The notes beneath the pieces were generated by a model. It was not told the DNA's origin. It was given only the letters and a program-made list of their open reading frames with translations, and ran no database searches. Source: an uncultured Acidimicrobiaceae bacterium (GTDB lineage: Bacteria; Actinomycetota; Acidimicrobiia; Acidimicrobiales; Bog-793). From it: DNA of 64,000 bases. The stretch covers positions 139,235-203,234 of the forward strand of contig CAWHOY010000007.1 in assembly GCA_963831155.1 (NCBI GenBank). The letters run 5' to 3'. Of the stretch, positions 1 through 9,225 are shown piece after piece (the first letter of the stretch is position 1; each line of letters begins with the position of its first letter). A program made the position numbers and the translations under genes.

Positions 1-1
1 C

Positions 2-1318
2 TACCTCTACGTTGTGAACGCACTGACCGGCCGGAACCTCCCTGGCTGGCCAGAGCCCGTCGCCGTCGCGCCCGGCGTCCCGACCGCCGTCGAATCGTCG
101 CCGACCGTCGCGTACCTCGACGGGCCGAAGAGTCCCCCATCGATCATCGTCGGAGCCGGTTCGACCTATATCGCTGACCAGGAGGGTGGCGTCATCGCGT
201 TCAACGCGAACGGGACCATTCGGTTCAAGTTTCTTTCGCGCGCCGTGTTCGACGAGTGGCCGGGCACGTCGGGGGGCAACTACCGCAACTCGGTCTTCTC
301 GACGCCGGCCGTCGGTGATCTCAGCGGCGACGGCCAGCTCGACATCGTCTTCGGCTCGTACGACCATCGGCTGTACGCGCTCGACTCCGAAGGCAACCTT
401 CTTCCTGGATTCCCGATCGACACCCAGGACACGATCTGGTCGTCACCAGCGCTGTTCCACGTGCGCGGCAAGCCGCTCGCCGACGACATCTTCATCGGAG
501 GCGACGCGTCCGGCGATCACGACTGTTATGGCGGCTTCGTCTACGACTTCACCATCACCAAGCACGGGCCGAAGACGGAATGGAGACACTGCGAACAGCA
601 GACGATCTGGTCGTCGCCCGCCGTCGGGGTGATCAACTCTTCGGGCCAGCCAGCGGTCGTCGTCGGAACGGGCTTTGGTTGGAAACCCCCGTACAAGCCG
701 GGGACAGATCGCATCTACGCGTACTACGCGGCGACGGGCCGGAGCGTGCCGGGCTGGCCGGTGAAGACCGCTGGACCGACGTTCGGCTCGCCCGCGATCG
801 GCGTCCTCGCCGGACAGACGACGCCGTCGGTCGTCGATACGTCGTGGTGTCTCAGCTGCACTCCGAGCGGCAGCGAATCGATGGTCTACGCATGGAGCGG
901 ATCTGGACAGCAGATCTGGTCACAGACGCTTGGCGGTCCGAACGATTTCTCGTCCCCGGTCCTCGTCGACCTCACAGGGTCGGGGGGCAACGACGTCCTC
1001 GTCGGCTCGTCAGACGGGCTGTACCCCCTCGACGGTTCGACCGGCTCGTTCTTGTTCGGTACGAGCGAGGTCGACGCGATCAACACGGCGTCGATGCTGA
1101 ACTCGGTCGCCGTCGCCTACGTACCGGGAAGCGGATCAGGATCGGGATGGCGCGTCTTCGAAGCCGCCGGCGGACCGCAACAGGTGACCGCGACCGGCCG
1201 TCTCTTCGACTACCCGCTCCCCACGGTCCCGGGCACCCGCCCACCATGGCCGATGTGGCGGCAGGACCCGGCGCACTTGGGCGTCGCGACCTCGACAATC
1301 CCGTGCGCGAAGGGCTAG
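2..1318 (+). CDS. Secreted FG-GAP/VCBS-repeat beta-propeller protein (5'-partial)
   Basis: Frame is open from nt 2 (YLYVVNALTG...). Repeated 'SSPA(V/I)G', 'DLSGDGQLDIVFG', 'DLTGSGGNDVLVG' and 'PGWP' motifs; C-terminal 'WPMWRQDPAHLG'. Confidence 0.7.
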   Translation, partial: YLYVVNALTGRNLPGWPEPVAVAPGVPTAVESSPTVAYLDGPKSPPSIIVGAGSTYIADQEGGVIAFNANGTIRFKFLSRAVFDEWPGTSGGNYRNSVFSTPAVGDLSGDGQLDIVFGSYDHRLYALDSEGNLLPGFPIDTQDTIWSSPALFHVRGKPLADDIFIGGDASGDHDCYGGFVYDFTITKHGPKTEWRHCEQQTIWSSPAVGVINSSGQPAVVVGTGFGWKPPYKPGTDRIYAYYAATGRSVPGWPVKTAGPTFGSPAIGVLAGQTTPSVVDTSWCLSCTPSGSESMVYAWSGSGQQIWSQTLGGPNDFSSPVLVDLTGSGGNDVLVGSSDGLYPLDGSTGSFLFGTSEVDAINTASMLNSVAVAYVPGSGSGSGWRVFEAAGGPQQVTATGRLFDYPLPTVPGTRPPWPMWRQDPAHLGVATSTIPCAKG

Positions 1319-1328
1319 GAGCGAAGTC

Positions 1329-1952
1329 TCAGCTGATCCGGGTGATGCTCGCTGCCGAGCGGTCGATCACCTTGTCGATGAATCCGTAGTCGAGCGCCTC
1401 CTCGGCGGTGAACCAGCGATCGCGGTCAGAGTCCGCCTCGATGCGCTCGATCGTCTGGCCGGTGTGGAACGCGATCCGCTCGGCCATCATCCGCTTCAAG
1501 TAGACGATCTGCTCCGCTTGGATCGCGATGTCCGCCGCCTGCCCCTGCATCTGACCGCTCGGTTGGTGCATCAGGATCCGGGCGTGCGGCAGCGCGAACC
1601 GCTTGCCGGGAGCGCCCGCGCAGAGCAGGAACTGACCCATCGATGCGGCGAGGCCGAGGCAGATCGTCGCCACGTCGCACTCGACGTACTGCATCGTGTC
1701 GTAGATCGCGAGACCGTCGGTGACTGAGCCGCCAGGAGTATTGACGTAGAGCGAGATGTCCTTGCCCGGATCCTCGGCCTCGAGGAGCAGCAGCTGCGCG
1801 CAGACCTGATTCGCCGAGTTCTGGTCGACCTGGGTGCCGAGGAAGACGATTCGCTCGCGCAACAGCCGCTGGTAGACGTCGGCGGCAGGGTCGGGCGACA
1901 GGGCGAGAGTGGCGACAGCGGGGACGACAGGACTGGGATGAGGTTCGGTCAT
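1329..1952 (-). CDS. clpP: ATP-dependent Clp protease proteolytic subunit
   Basis: '[10 protein letters not shown]', 'YVNTPGGSV'; catalytic Ser in 'GLAASMG', His in 'LMHQPSG', Asp in 'DRDRWF'. Confidence 0.95.
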   Translation of the reverse strand: MTEPHPSPVVPAVATLALSPDPAADVYQRLLRERIVFLGTQVDQNSANQVCAQLLLLEAEDPGKDISLYVNTPGGSVTDGLAIYDTMQYVECDVATICLGLAASMGQFLLCAGAPGKRFALPHARILMHQPSGQMQGQAADIAIQAEQIVYLKRMMAERIAFHTGQTIERIEADSDRDRWFTAEEALDYGFIDKVIDRSAASITRIS

Positions 1953-2039
1953 GGCCCGAGGCTACCGGTCACGAGTTGAGGGCCGGATGGCAAAGCGCTG
2001 GACTCGGCGGGCTGAGCAGCTCGCCGGACTGATGCGCAC

Positions 2040-2468
2040 CTAGGAGTCGCTCGAGCGCACGATCTGGGTGCAGCGGGCGCTGGCGACGAGGATGCCGTCG
2101 GCGTCCGTGACGTCGGCAGCGCAGAACGCGACCCCGCGGGTACGCCGGATGACCCACCCCTCGGCGCGCAGGGTGCCGGGTCGAGCTGGACGGTAGAACT
2201 CGGCGCGCAGGTCGGCGGTCAAAAAGCGCGCCTCGTCACCGAGCACGATGAAACAGGCGCCGCCCATCGCCGTGTCGAGCAGCGTCGTGACCATCCCTCC
2301 GTGGATGATCGCGCTGTCGTTGGTGTCCGGGAACGAGTACTCCTCTCGGGCATCCCATTCGATCACCATCCGTTCGTCATCAACTTCGATGCGCCGATAC
2401 CCGAGGGTGCGCCAGACGTGAGACGAACCGGGACGCCGCAAATTCCAACTCGGTGGCTCCCCGCTCAT
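2040..2468 (-). CDS. PaaI-family (hotdog) thioesterase
   Basis: 'IIHGGMVTTLLDTAMG', 'TADLRAEFYRPA'. True start taken as ATG 2468 inside the longer track ORF. Confidence 0.85.
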   Translation of the reverse strand: MSGEPPSWNLRRPGSSHVWRTLGYRRIEVDDERMVIEWDAREEYSFPDTNDSAIIHGGMVTTLLDTAMGGACFIVLGDEARFLTADLRAEFYRPARPGTLRAEGWVIRRTRGVAFCAADVTDADGILVASARCTQIVRSSDS

Positions 2469-2547
2469 TGCGGTCGATCCTACGGCCCGTTCGGCGACTC
2501 GATCGGTTGCAGTCGAACGCGTGCGCGGACCGCGTTTTGTGTGTGAA

Positions 2548-3321
2548 CTACGCGCCGTCGAGAAAATCGGCGATCGCGTCGGCTGTTTGCGCGAACGCGT
2601 CCCAGAGCACGACGTGTCCCCCCGGTACGTCGACGACCTGCAAGCGATCAGAGAGCACATGGCGGAGGTGCTCGACTTGTCGCGGCCCGACGACGCTCTC
2701 TTGGGAGGGGCGGACAAGGAGCACTTCCTGGCGAATCTGCTCAGGGGGCGGTCCCCAGGCGGCGAGCTCGCCGAGGATCGATACCACCGCGCTCGGCGAG
2801 TAGCGCCAGCGAAATCCGCCGGCGAAAGGTTCGAGGTGCTGACGCCGCTCCTCTTCGAGCACCTCCGCCGGCGTCGAGAACAGTCGCCCGGTAAATGGCG
2901 GCGGCACCGCCTCGGCCGGGCTACGAAAGACGCTCTCGACGCGCACCGTGTCGGCGAGAGCGAGCGCAATGTCAGGACGGATGCGGATTGCCGGATCGAG
3001 CAGAACGATCCGTTCGACAAGTTCCGGTTCGCGCGCCGCTATCTCGAGCACCAGGCGACCTCCAAAGCTGTGGCCGACCCATACTGCGCTTTCGATGCCA
3101 ATCGAGTCCATCGTCACGAGGACGTCGTCGAGATGGGTCCGGATTCCCCAAGGCGGGTCCCAGCTCGAATGGCCGTGACCACGCAGATCGGGAGCGACAA
3201 CCCGAAAGTGCGGGAGGCGCGTCGCCAGCCGAGCGAAATGTCCGCCGTGGGAGGTCACACCATGCAGGCAGATGACCGGCGGCGATTCGGCGTCGCCCCA
3301 CTCTTTTACGTGGAGTATCAC
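2548..3321 (-). CDS. Alpha/beta hydrolase
   Basis: 'CLHGVT', 'PDLRGHG', nucleophile elbow 'GHSFGG', C-terminal His in 'GGHVVLWD'. Confidence 0.9.
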   Translation of the reverse strand: MILHVKEWGDAESPPVICLHGVTSHGGHFARLATRLPHFRVVAPDLRGHGHSSWDPPWGIRTHLDDVLVTMDSIGIESAVWVGHSFGGRLVLEIAAREPELVERIVLLDPAIRIRPDIALALADTVRVESVFRSPAEAVPPPFTGRLFSTPAEVLEEERRQHLEPFAGGFRWRYSPSAVVSILGELAAWGPPPEQIRQEVLLVRPSQESVVGPRQVEHLRHVLSDRLQVVDVPGGHVVLWDAFAQTADAIADFLDGA

Positions 3322-4157
3322 GGACGAAACAGTGCGCGTTCGTAGACGCGGTCGCGCAGACGGTCCGGTAAGCGTTCGACGATCGCGCGCCGCCTGGCGT
3401 CGCGGCCAACGAGATACCGCGTTCTCGGGTGTGGCGCCGTCAGCGCCTGTTCAACGGCCTTCGCCACCTCATCGGCCGGCTCGCCCCGCCGACCCGCCGC
3501 CGCAGCCTGCTTGCGAAAGGAAGCCATCCGCTCGCGGTACAGGGCGGTCACCTCAGGGGAGAGTCCAGGCGCGATGCGCTCGAACGTCTCGGCGCCCTTA
3601 CGCCAGATCGGTGTCGCGATCGTGCCCGGTTCGACGATCACCACCTCGATTCCAAAGGGGTGCAACTCGATACGCAACGCGTCCGTCACCGCTTCGAGCG
3701 CGTGCTTCGATGCGGCATAGGCGCCGAGAAATGGCAGCGCGCTGCGCCCGGCGATCGAACCAATGTTCACGATCCGGCCGTGCGCGCGGCGGAGATTGCG
3801 GAGCACCGCCTGGGTGACCGCGACGTGGCCGACCAGGTTGACCTCGAGCTGTCGGCGCAACTCGTCGAGGGGCAGGAGCTCGACTGGCAAGGAAACCGCG
3901 ATCCCGGCGTTGTTAATAAGAGCGGCGAGCGCGCTTTCGCCGAGCCGCTCGCTCAAGCCGGCGATGGACGCGGGTTCAGTCACATCGAGCTCGACCGGCT
4001 CGATCCGGCCGGCGCCCTCTTCCGACAGGCGCGCACCGTCCGCCGACGTGCGCACGCCGGCGAGCACCTGCCATCCGTCCCTGGAGAGCCGCACGGCGCA
4101 TGCCTTGCCGATTCCTGAAGACGCACCGCTGACGAGGACCAAGCGAGAAGAGCTCAC
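3318..4157 (-). CDS. SDR oxidoreductase
   Basis: 'SGASSGIG', 'NNAGI', 'YAASK'. Start taken as GTG 4157. Confidence 0.9.
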   Translation of the reverse strand: MSSSRLVLVSGASSGIGKACAVRLSRDGWQVLAGVRTSADGARLSEEGAGRIEPVELDVTEPASIAGLSERLGESALAALINNAGIAVSLPVELLPLDELRRQLEVNLVGHVAVTQAVLRNLRRAHGRIVNIGSIAGRSALPFLGAYAASKHALEAVTDALRIELHPFGIEVVIVEPGTIATPIWRKGAETFERIAPGLSPEVTALYRERMASFRKQAAAAGRRGEPADEVAKAVEQALTAPHPRTRYLVGRDARRRAIVERLPDRLRDRVYERALFRP

Positions 4158-4173
4158 GGTGCGCGCGGCTCGC

Positions 4174-5319
4174 TCAGGCGAGGAACGACGGGCTGAGCTC
4201 GCGCGCGGTACGGCCACCGATCAGCGCGAGCGTGATGTCGGTCTCGGCGAGCAGCTGGCGGATCACCGCTTCGACGCCAGGTTGACCACCGACCGCGAGA
4301 CCGAAGGCGTAAGGGCGGCCGACGAGGACCGCGTCGGCACCGAGCGCCATCGCCTTCAAGACGTCCGCGCCGGTGCGGATACCACCGTCGACGAGCACGG
4401 TCGCCTCCGGGCCGAGCGCGTCGCGGACCTCGACGAAGGCGTCGAGCGCGGCGATCGAGCCGTCGACTTGGCGACCGCCGTGGTTCGAGACGATCACCCC
4501 GTCGACGCCGCAGTCGAGAGCGCGCTGGGCGTCCTCCGCGGTGAGCACGCCCTTGACGAGCAGCGGCAACTCGACCCGTTCTCGCAGCCAGATGAGGTCG
4601 TCCCAGGAGAGGCCGAGATTCGGGAACGTCGCGAGCATTGTCAGGGCAGCGGTCCGGGGGTCCTCCTCGGGTGGCCGCTGGAGCCGCTCGCGAAAGACGG
4701 GGTCGGTGAAGAACTGGGCACAGCCTTCGCCGCTCACGAACGGCAGATAGGCGCTCTTCAAGTCGCGCGGCCGCCACCCGAGGATCGGCAGGTCGAGCGT
4801 GACAACGACGGCACCGTAACCGACCGTCGTCGCGCGATGGACAAAGCTCAAGGCGACCTCTCGGTCGTTGATCCAATACAGCTGGAACCAGCGCGGCGCG
4901 TTCCCCATCGCGTCGGCGATCTCTTCGATCGAATGCGACGCCGCGCTCGAAAGGATGAAGGGGACGCCGGTCGCGGCCGACGCGCGCGCCACGGCCAGTT
5001 CGCCTTCGGGATGGGCGATGCTCAACACGCCCACCGGCGCCAGCAAAAAAGGTCCGGACGAGCGGGTACCGAGCACCTCGATCGACAAATCGCGATCGCG
5101 GAATCCAGCGAGCATGCGCGGCCGAAGCCGCAGGCGCTCGAAGGCTTCTCGGTTCGCGCGCATCGTCAGTTCGGCGCCTGCTCCTCCGGCGATGTATCCG
5201 AACGCGGGCGGATCCATCGCACCCTCTGCTCGAGCCTCCCAATCCGCGTGCGAAATCGGCCATTCGGCCGTCCCCGTCAAATAGATGGTGTTCTGGACCC
5301 GCGTCCCGTCGAATGTCAC
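4174..5319 (-). CDS. FMN-dependent alpha-hydroxy-acid oxidase (lactate 2-monooxygenase-like)
   Basis: 'YIAGGAG', 'WFQLY', 'VSNHGGRQVD', 'DGGIRTGADVLKA', 'GRP'. Confidence 0.9.
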   Translation of the reverse strand: MTFDGTRVQNTIYLTGTAEWPISHADWEARAEGAMDPPAFGYIAGGAGAELTMRANREAFERLRLRPRMLAGFRDRDLSIEVLGTRSSGPFLLAPVGVLSIAHPEGELAVARASAATGVPFILSSAASHSIEEIADAMGNAPRWFQLYWINDREVALSFVHRATTVGYGAVVVTLDLPILGWRPRDLKSAYLPFVSGEGCAQFFTDPVFRERLQRPPEEDPRTAALTMLATFPNLGLSWDDLIWLRERVELPLLVKGVLTAEDAQRALDCGVDGVIVSNHGGRQVDGSIAALDAFVEVRDALGPEATVLVDGGIRTGADVLKAMALGADAVLVGRPYAFGLAVGGQPGVEAVIRQLLAETDITLALIGGRTARELSPSFLA

Positions 5320-6323
5320 GGCTCCGCGACTTTGACGAGGAGCTTGCCGCGGTTTTCTCCGCGAAGCAGGCCGATGAACGCGCGGGGCGCTTTCTCGAGG
5401 CCTTCGACAACGTCTTCGCGATAGCGGAGGTGGCCATCGTTCAGCCAGCGCGCGAGACGCGCCAGCGCCGGCTCGTACAGATGCGCGTAGTCGGTGACGA
5501 GAAAACCCTCGACCTTCGCGCGGCTAACGATCGTGAAAAGGAGACTCCGCGGTCCGCCGTGCGGAGGTGACTGGTTGTACTCCGCGATCTGGCCGCAGAT
5601 CGCGACCCGCCCGCGCAACGCGAGCCGCGGATACACGGCGGCGGAAATGTCGCCGCCGACGTTGTCGAAATAGACGTCGACCCCTTCCGGGCATTCGCGA
5701 TCGAGCACGCTCGCCACCTCTTGGTCCTTGTAGTTGATCGCGACGTCGTAGTCGTACAGCGTGAGCAGGTCATCGATCTTTTCGGGCGATCCCGCGATCC
5801 CGACCGTTCGACACCCGGTTATGTGGGCGAGCTGGCCGACGATCTGGCCGACGGCACCCGCCGCCGCCGAGACGACGACGGTGTCCCCGGCGACAGGGCG
5901 GCCGACATCGAAGAGCCCGAAGTACGCGGTCAGTCCCGTCATCCCGAGCACGTGCAGCGCGGTGGAGATCGGCGCGACGCTCGCGTCCACACTCCGCAAC
6001 AAATGGGCGGGCGCGACACCGAACTCCTGCCAACCGTACGCGGCGAGGACGATGTCGCCCGGGCGGTATCGCGCAGAGCGGCTTTCGACGACCTCGCCGA
6101 CAGTCTGTCCCGTCATCACCTCGCCGAGTACGACGGGACGCGCGTACGAACGCGCCTCGCTCATGCGACCGCGCTGATAGGGATCGAGAGAGAGCCAGAG
6201 CGTCCGGACGAGCACCTCGCCCTCGGACGGCTTCGCGATCGCCGTCTCGATCAAGGCGAAATCTGACTCCTTCGGCTCGCCGGCTGGGCGAGCGACCAAC
6301 GTCACTTGCCTGTTCGGCGGCAT
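5316..6323 (-). CDS. NADP-dependent oxidoreductase (PGR/CurA-like MDR)
   Basis: 'LSLDPYQRGRM', 'GMTGLTAYFG', 'AAAGAVGQ', 'DVYFDNVGG', 'GENRGK'. Confidence 0.9.
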   Translation of the reverse strand: MPPNRQVTLVARPAGEPKESDFALIETAIAKPSEGEVLVRTLWLSLDPYQRGRMSEARSYARPVVLGEVMTGQTVGEVVESRSARYRPGDIVLAAYGWQEFGVAPAHLLRSVDASVAPISTALHVLGMTGLTAYFGLFDVGRPVAGDTVVVSAAAGAVGQIVGQLAHITGCRTVGIAGSPEKIDDLLTLYDYDVAINYKDQEVASVLDRECPEGVDVYFDNVGGDISAAVYPRLALRGRVAICGQIAEYNQSPPHGGPRSLLFTIVSRAKVEGFLVTDYAHLYEPALARLARWLNDGHLRYREDVVEGLEKAPRAFIGLLRGENRGKLLVKVAEP

Positions 6324-6480
6324 CGGCGTGATCCTACGACGAGAGACACGAGATCTCCCCCTTGATCCCTAGGCGTCGCTGCTCGGCGGCTCCGCCGCGC
6401 ACCCTACGATCGTGCACAAGAAGAGCACCCGTGTCGATTCCCGGCTTCGGGATCGAACGACAGGCGCGGAAGGAACGATC

Positions 6481-6759
6481 GTGGAAGGTACAGCCGAGAT
6501 CGAACCGTTCAGCGACGAGGAGCTCACCGAGCTCGCGCTTGCCGCCGATCCCGATCAGCCACTCGACGCCGATGCGATCCCGTTTGCCTTCTCCGACGCT
6601 GGAAACTTCGACCTTCTGCCGCATTGGTACATGCCACCGGTGATGTCGAGCGGTGGGACCCGTTGGAGGAAGACCGTCATCCTCGTCATCGTCGCGACGC
6701 TGATCACGATCGAAGCGCTCGGCCTTTGCAGCGTGTTCGGTCAGGTCGTGATCGGCTGA
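6481..6759 (+). CDS. Small hypothetical membrane protein
   Basis: GTG preceded by 'ggaaggaa'. Acidic N-terminus, 'LLPHWYMPP' motif, C-terminal hydrophobic helix. Confidence 0.65.
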   Translation: MEGTAEIEPFSDEELTELALAADPDQPLDADAIPFAFSDAGNFDLLPHWYMPPVMSSGGTRWRKTVILVIVATLITIEALGLCSVFGQVVIG

Positions 6760-6818
6760 GACCCAGCCGCCAACGAGGAAGCTAAGTTCCGCGTTCTGAG
6801 GACGAACGAGGAGACACC

Positions 6819-7247
6819 GTGAGGAATCCGGTACCGAAGAACGTGCTCGAGGAGCTCGCCGCGGTGCCGTTGTTCTCCGCCTGCAACAAAGCGGAGCTGC
6901 GACGCGTCGCTCACCTCGGTACGGAAACCTCGGTCTCGGACGGCACGGTCCTCGCCGAGCAGGGAAAAGCCGGGTTCGAGTTCTTCCTCATCGAAGACGG
7001 AAAGGTCCGCTGCCTCGTCGACGGGAAACAGGTTGCCACGCTCGGAGCCGGCGACTTCTTCGGCGAGATGGCGCTCATCGATCGCGGGCCGAGAGTCGCC
7101 ACCGTCGTCGCAGAGGGTTCTGTCCAGCTTCTCGTGTTCGACGCTCGGGAGTTCGGCACGCTTCTCGACGCGGCACCGACGATCGCGAAGAAGGTTCTGC
7201 AGTCGTTCGCGGTGCGAGTGCGGGCCAACGCCTCTGTCCGCCACTGA
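6819..7247 (+). CDS. Stand-alone cyclic-nucleotide-binding domain protein
   Basis: 'VPLFS', phosphate-binding cassette 'FFGEMALIDRGPRVATV'; no HTH follows; RBS 'gaggag'. Confidence 0.9.
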   Translation: MRNPVPKNVLEELAAVPLFSACNKAELRRVAHLGTETSVSDGTVLAEQGKAGFEFFLIEDGKVRCLVDGKQVATLGAGDFFGEMALIDRGPRVATVVAEGSVQLLVFDAREFGTLLDAAPTIAKKVLQSFAVRVRANASVRH

Positions 7248-7272
7248 GCGGCTCATCGCCCATGCGATCCGA

Positions 7273-8718
7273 TCAGAACTGCAGCGACTTCACCTGCAGG
7301 TAATCGCTGATCGCGAGGTGTCCGTTCTCGCGGCCGTGCCCGGACTGCTTGTATCCGCCGAACGGCGCCGCAAGGTTGAACTCGCCGCCGTTGATCTCGA
7401 CTTGTCCTGTGCGGAGTCGCAGCGCGACGCGCTTTGCGCGGTCCTCGTCAGCTGACCAGACTCCGCCCGCCAATCCGTACGCGCTGTCGTTCGCGATCCG
7501 TATCGCATCCTCTTCGTCGTCGTAGGGGATGACCACGAGCACCGGGCCGAAGATCTCCTCCTGCGCGATCGTCATCTCGGGACGCACCTCTGAGAAGACC
7601 GTCGGCCGTACGAAATAGCCACGCTCGAGTCCCGTCGGAGGTTGCGACCCGCCGGTGACGAGACGTGCGCCTTCGGCGATCCCGGTCTCGATGTACCCGC
7701 GCACGATCTCGCGCTGTTCGCTCGAGACGACTGGCCCGAGTCGTGTCGCCGGGTCGAAGGGATCACCCGGCGTGAAGCTTTCGGCCGCTCGCTTCGCGAT
7801 TTCCTCTACCTCCGAGATCTGTAGTCGCGGCACGAGCATCCGCGTCAGCGCGCTGCAAGTCTGGCCGGAATTGAGGAAGCACTTCGCGACCCCATCGGGC
7901 ACCGCCCTTTCGAGATTCGCATCATCGAGAACTAGGTTCGCTGACTTGCCGCCGAGCTCGAGAGCGCACTGCTTCACGGTCTGCGACGCAAGCTCGCTGA
8001 CGCGCCGGCCAACAGCGGTCGAACCGGTGAGCGAGATCATGTCGATGTCGGGGTGGGCGGCAAGTCCCTCGCCGACCACGCGACCCGATCCCGTGACGAG
8101 GTTGAATACCCCGGGCGGCAGACCGGCAGCGGCCACGACGTCCGCAAGAACGAACGCGTTCAGCGGCGCGACTCCGCTTGGCTTCAAAACCAGGGTGCAA
8201 CCCGCCGCGAGCGCCGGCGCGACCTTGCCCGCAATCTGATGGAGGGGGTAGTTCCACGGCGTGATCGCGCCGACGACGCCGGCCGCCTCTCGCACGACGA
8301 TCGAGTTGCCGATCCGTTCCTCCCAGAGGATCTGCTCCATCCACTCGCTGACCGACGCGAACTGGTTCACCGGCAGGCGAACCTGGATGCGCCGCGACAG
8401 CTCGAGCGGCATGCCGACTTCTTGTGAGATGAGCGCCGCCAGTTCTTCGCGCCGTTCTCTCAAGCCATCAGCGATCGCTGAGAGGTACCCGGCGCGCTCT
8501 TCGCGCGGTCTTTGGGACCAGTCGTCAAACGCGGCGCGGGCGGCGGAGACGGCGCGATCGACGTCCGCGACCGTGGCGTCTGGAACCGTCGCGATCACCT
8601 GCTCGGTTGTCGGATTGACGACTCCAATCGTGGCGCCGCCAGAGGGTTCGACCCATTCACCCGCGATAAAAAGAGCCTCGCGGGCGGGGACGTTCAGTGA
8701 TGTCGCCACGTTGGTCAC
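7273..8718 (-). CDS. Aldehyde dehydrogenase
   Basis: 'ITPWNYP', 'TGST', 'LELGGKS', catalytic Cys in 'NSGQTCSA', 'EEIFGPV'. Confidence 0.95.
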   Translation of the reverse strand: MTNVATSLNVPAREALFIAGEWVEPSGGATIGVVNPTTEQVIATVPDATVADVDRAVSAARAAFDDWSQRPREERAGYLSAIADGLRERREELAALISQEVGMPLELSRRIQVRLPVNQFASVSEWMEQILWEERIGNSIVVREAAGVVGAITPWNYPLHQIAGKVAPALAAGCTLVLKPSGVAPLNAFVLADVVAAAGLPPGVFNLVTGSGRVVGEGLAAHPDIDMISLTGSTAVGRRVSELASQTVKQCALELGGKSANLVLDDANLERAVPDGVAKCFLNSGQTCSALTRMLVPRLQISEVEEIAKRAAESFTPGDPFDPATRLGPVVSSEQREIVRGYIETGIAEGARLVTGGSQPPTGLERGYFVRPTVFSEVRPEMTIAQEEIFGPVLVVIPYDDEEDAIRIANDSAYGLAGGVWSADEDRAKRVALRLRTGQVEINGGEFNLAAPFGGYKQSGHGRENGHLAISDYLQVKSLQF

Positions 8719-8724
8719 CTTTTC

Positions 8725-9225
8725 TTAGGGACTAACACCTCGTTCGAAAACGTTCGGGTCGGCAAAGATCTTCTCGCCCGCGAAGCGGCGCGACGCCCGA
8801 TCCCAAGGAAAGAAGATAACGACGCGCCAGCTGATCGGCATGCCGGAAGGCGGATAGCCGATCCATTCCGATTCATGCGTACCAGTGACCCGAGCGGCCT
8901 CACAGACTCCCTGTGGACCAATGACTATGTCGGTCAGTTCGAAGTGGATATCGGGAAAAGCCCGCAGCAGTTCCCCGTAGAAACGAGCGGCGCCGTCGTG
9001 GCCTTCCCAACGATGCTCTCCCGGAGCAATCTCGTAAACGCAGTCTTCGCTCAATGTCGATATCAGCCCGGGCAGGTCGCGCTTGTCCTCGGCGATCGAG
9101 TGGCGCTTCCACAGTTCCCGGATCTCCTCGTACTCGGCGGGGATTACTTGGCGCCGCATCAGTTCGACGACCGCGTCGTGTTCGACGTGGTCAGGTGTAT
9201 TCACCATCGTGCTCCATTCGCTCAT
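8725..9225 (-). CDS. SnoaL/ester-cyclase-like NTF2-fold protein
   Basis: 'RAFPDIHFE', 'VTGTH'. ATG 9225 overlaps the stop of the upstream LLM gene. Confidence 0.75.
   Translation of the reverse strand: MSEWSTMVNTPDHVEHDAVVELMRRQVIPAEYEEIRELWKRHSIAEDKRDLPGLISTLSEDCVYEIAPGEHRWEGHDGAARFYGELLRAFPDIHFELTDIVIGPQGVCEAARVTGTHESEWIGYPPSGMPISWRVVIFFPWDRASRRFAGEKIFADPNVFERGVSP

Noticed and set aside
3763-5437. Long antisense or alternate-frame ORFs (e.g. 3763-5424 +, 19790-21178 +, 24288-25475 -, 61239-62510 -)
   Set aside because: These are shadow ORFs of well-supported genes, expected in high-GC DNA, with no recognisable motifs.
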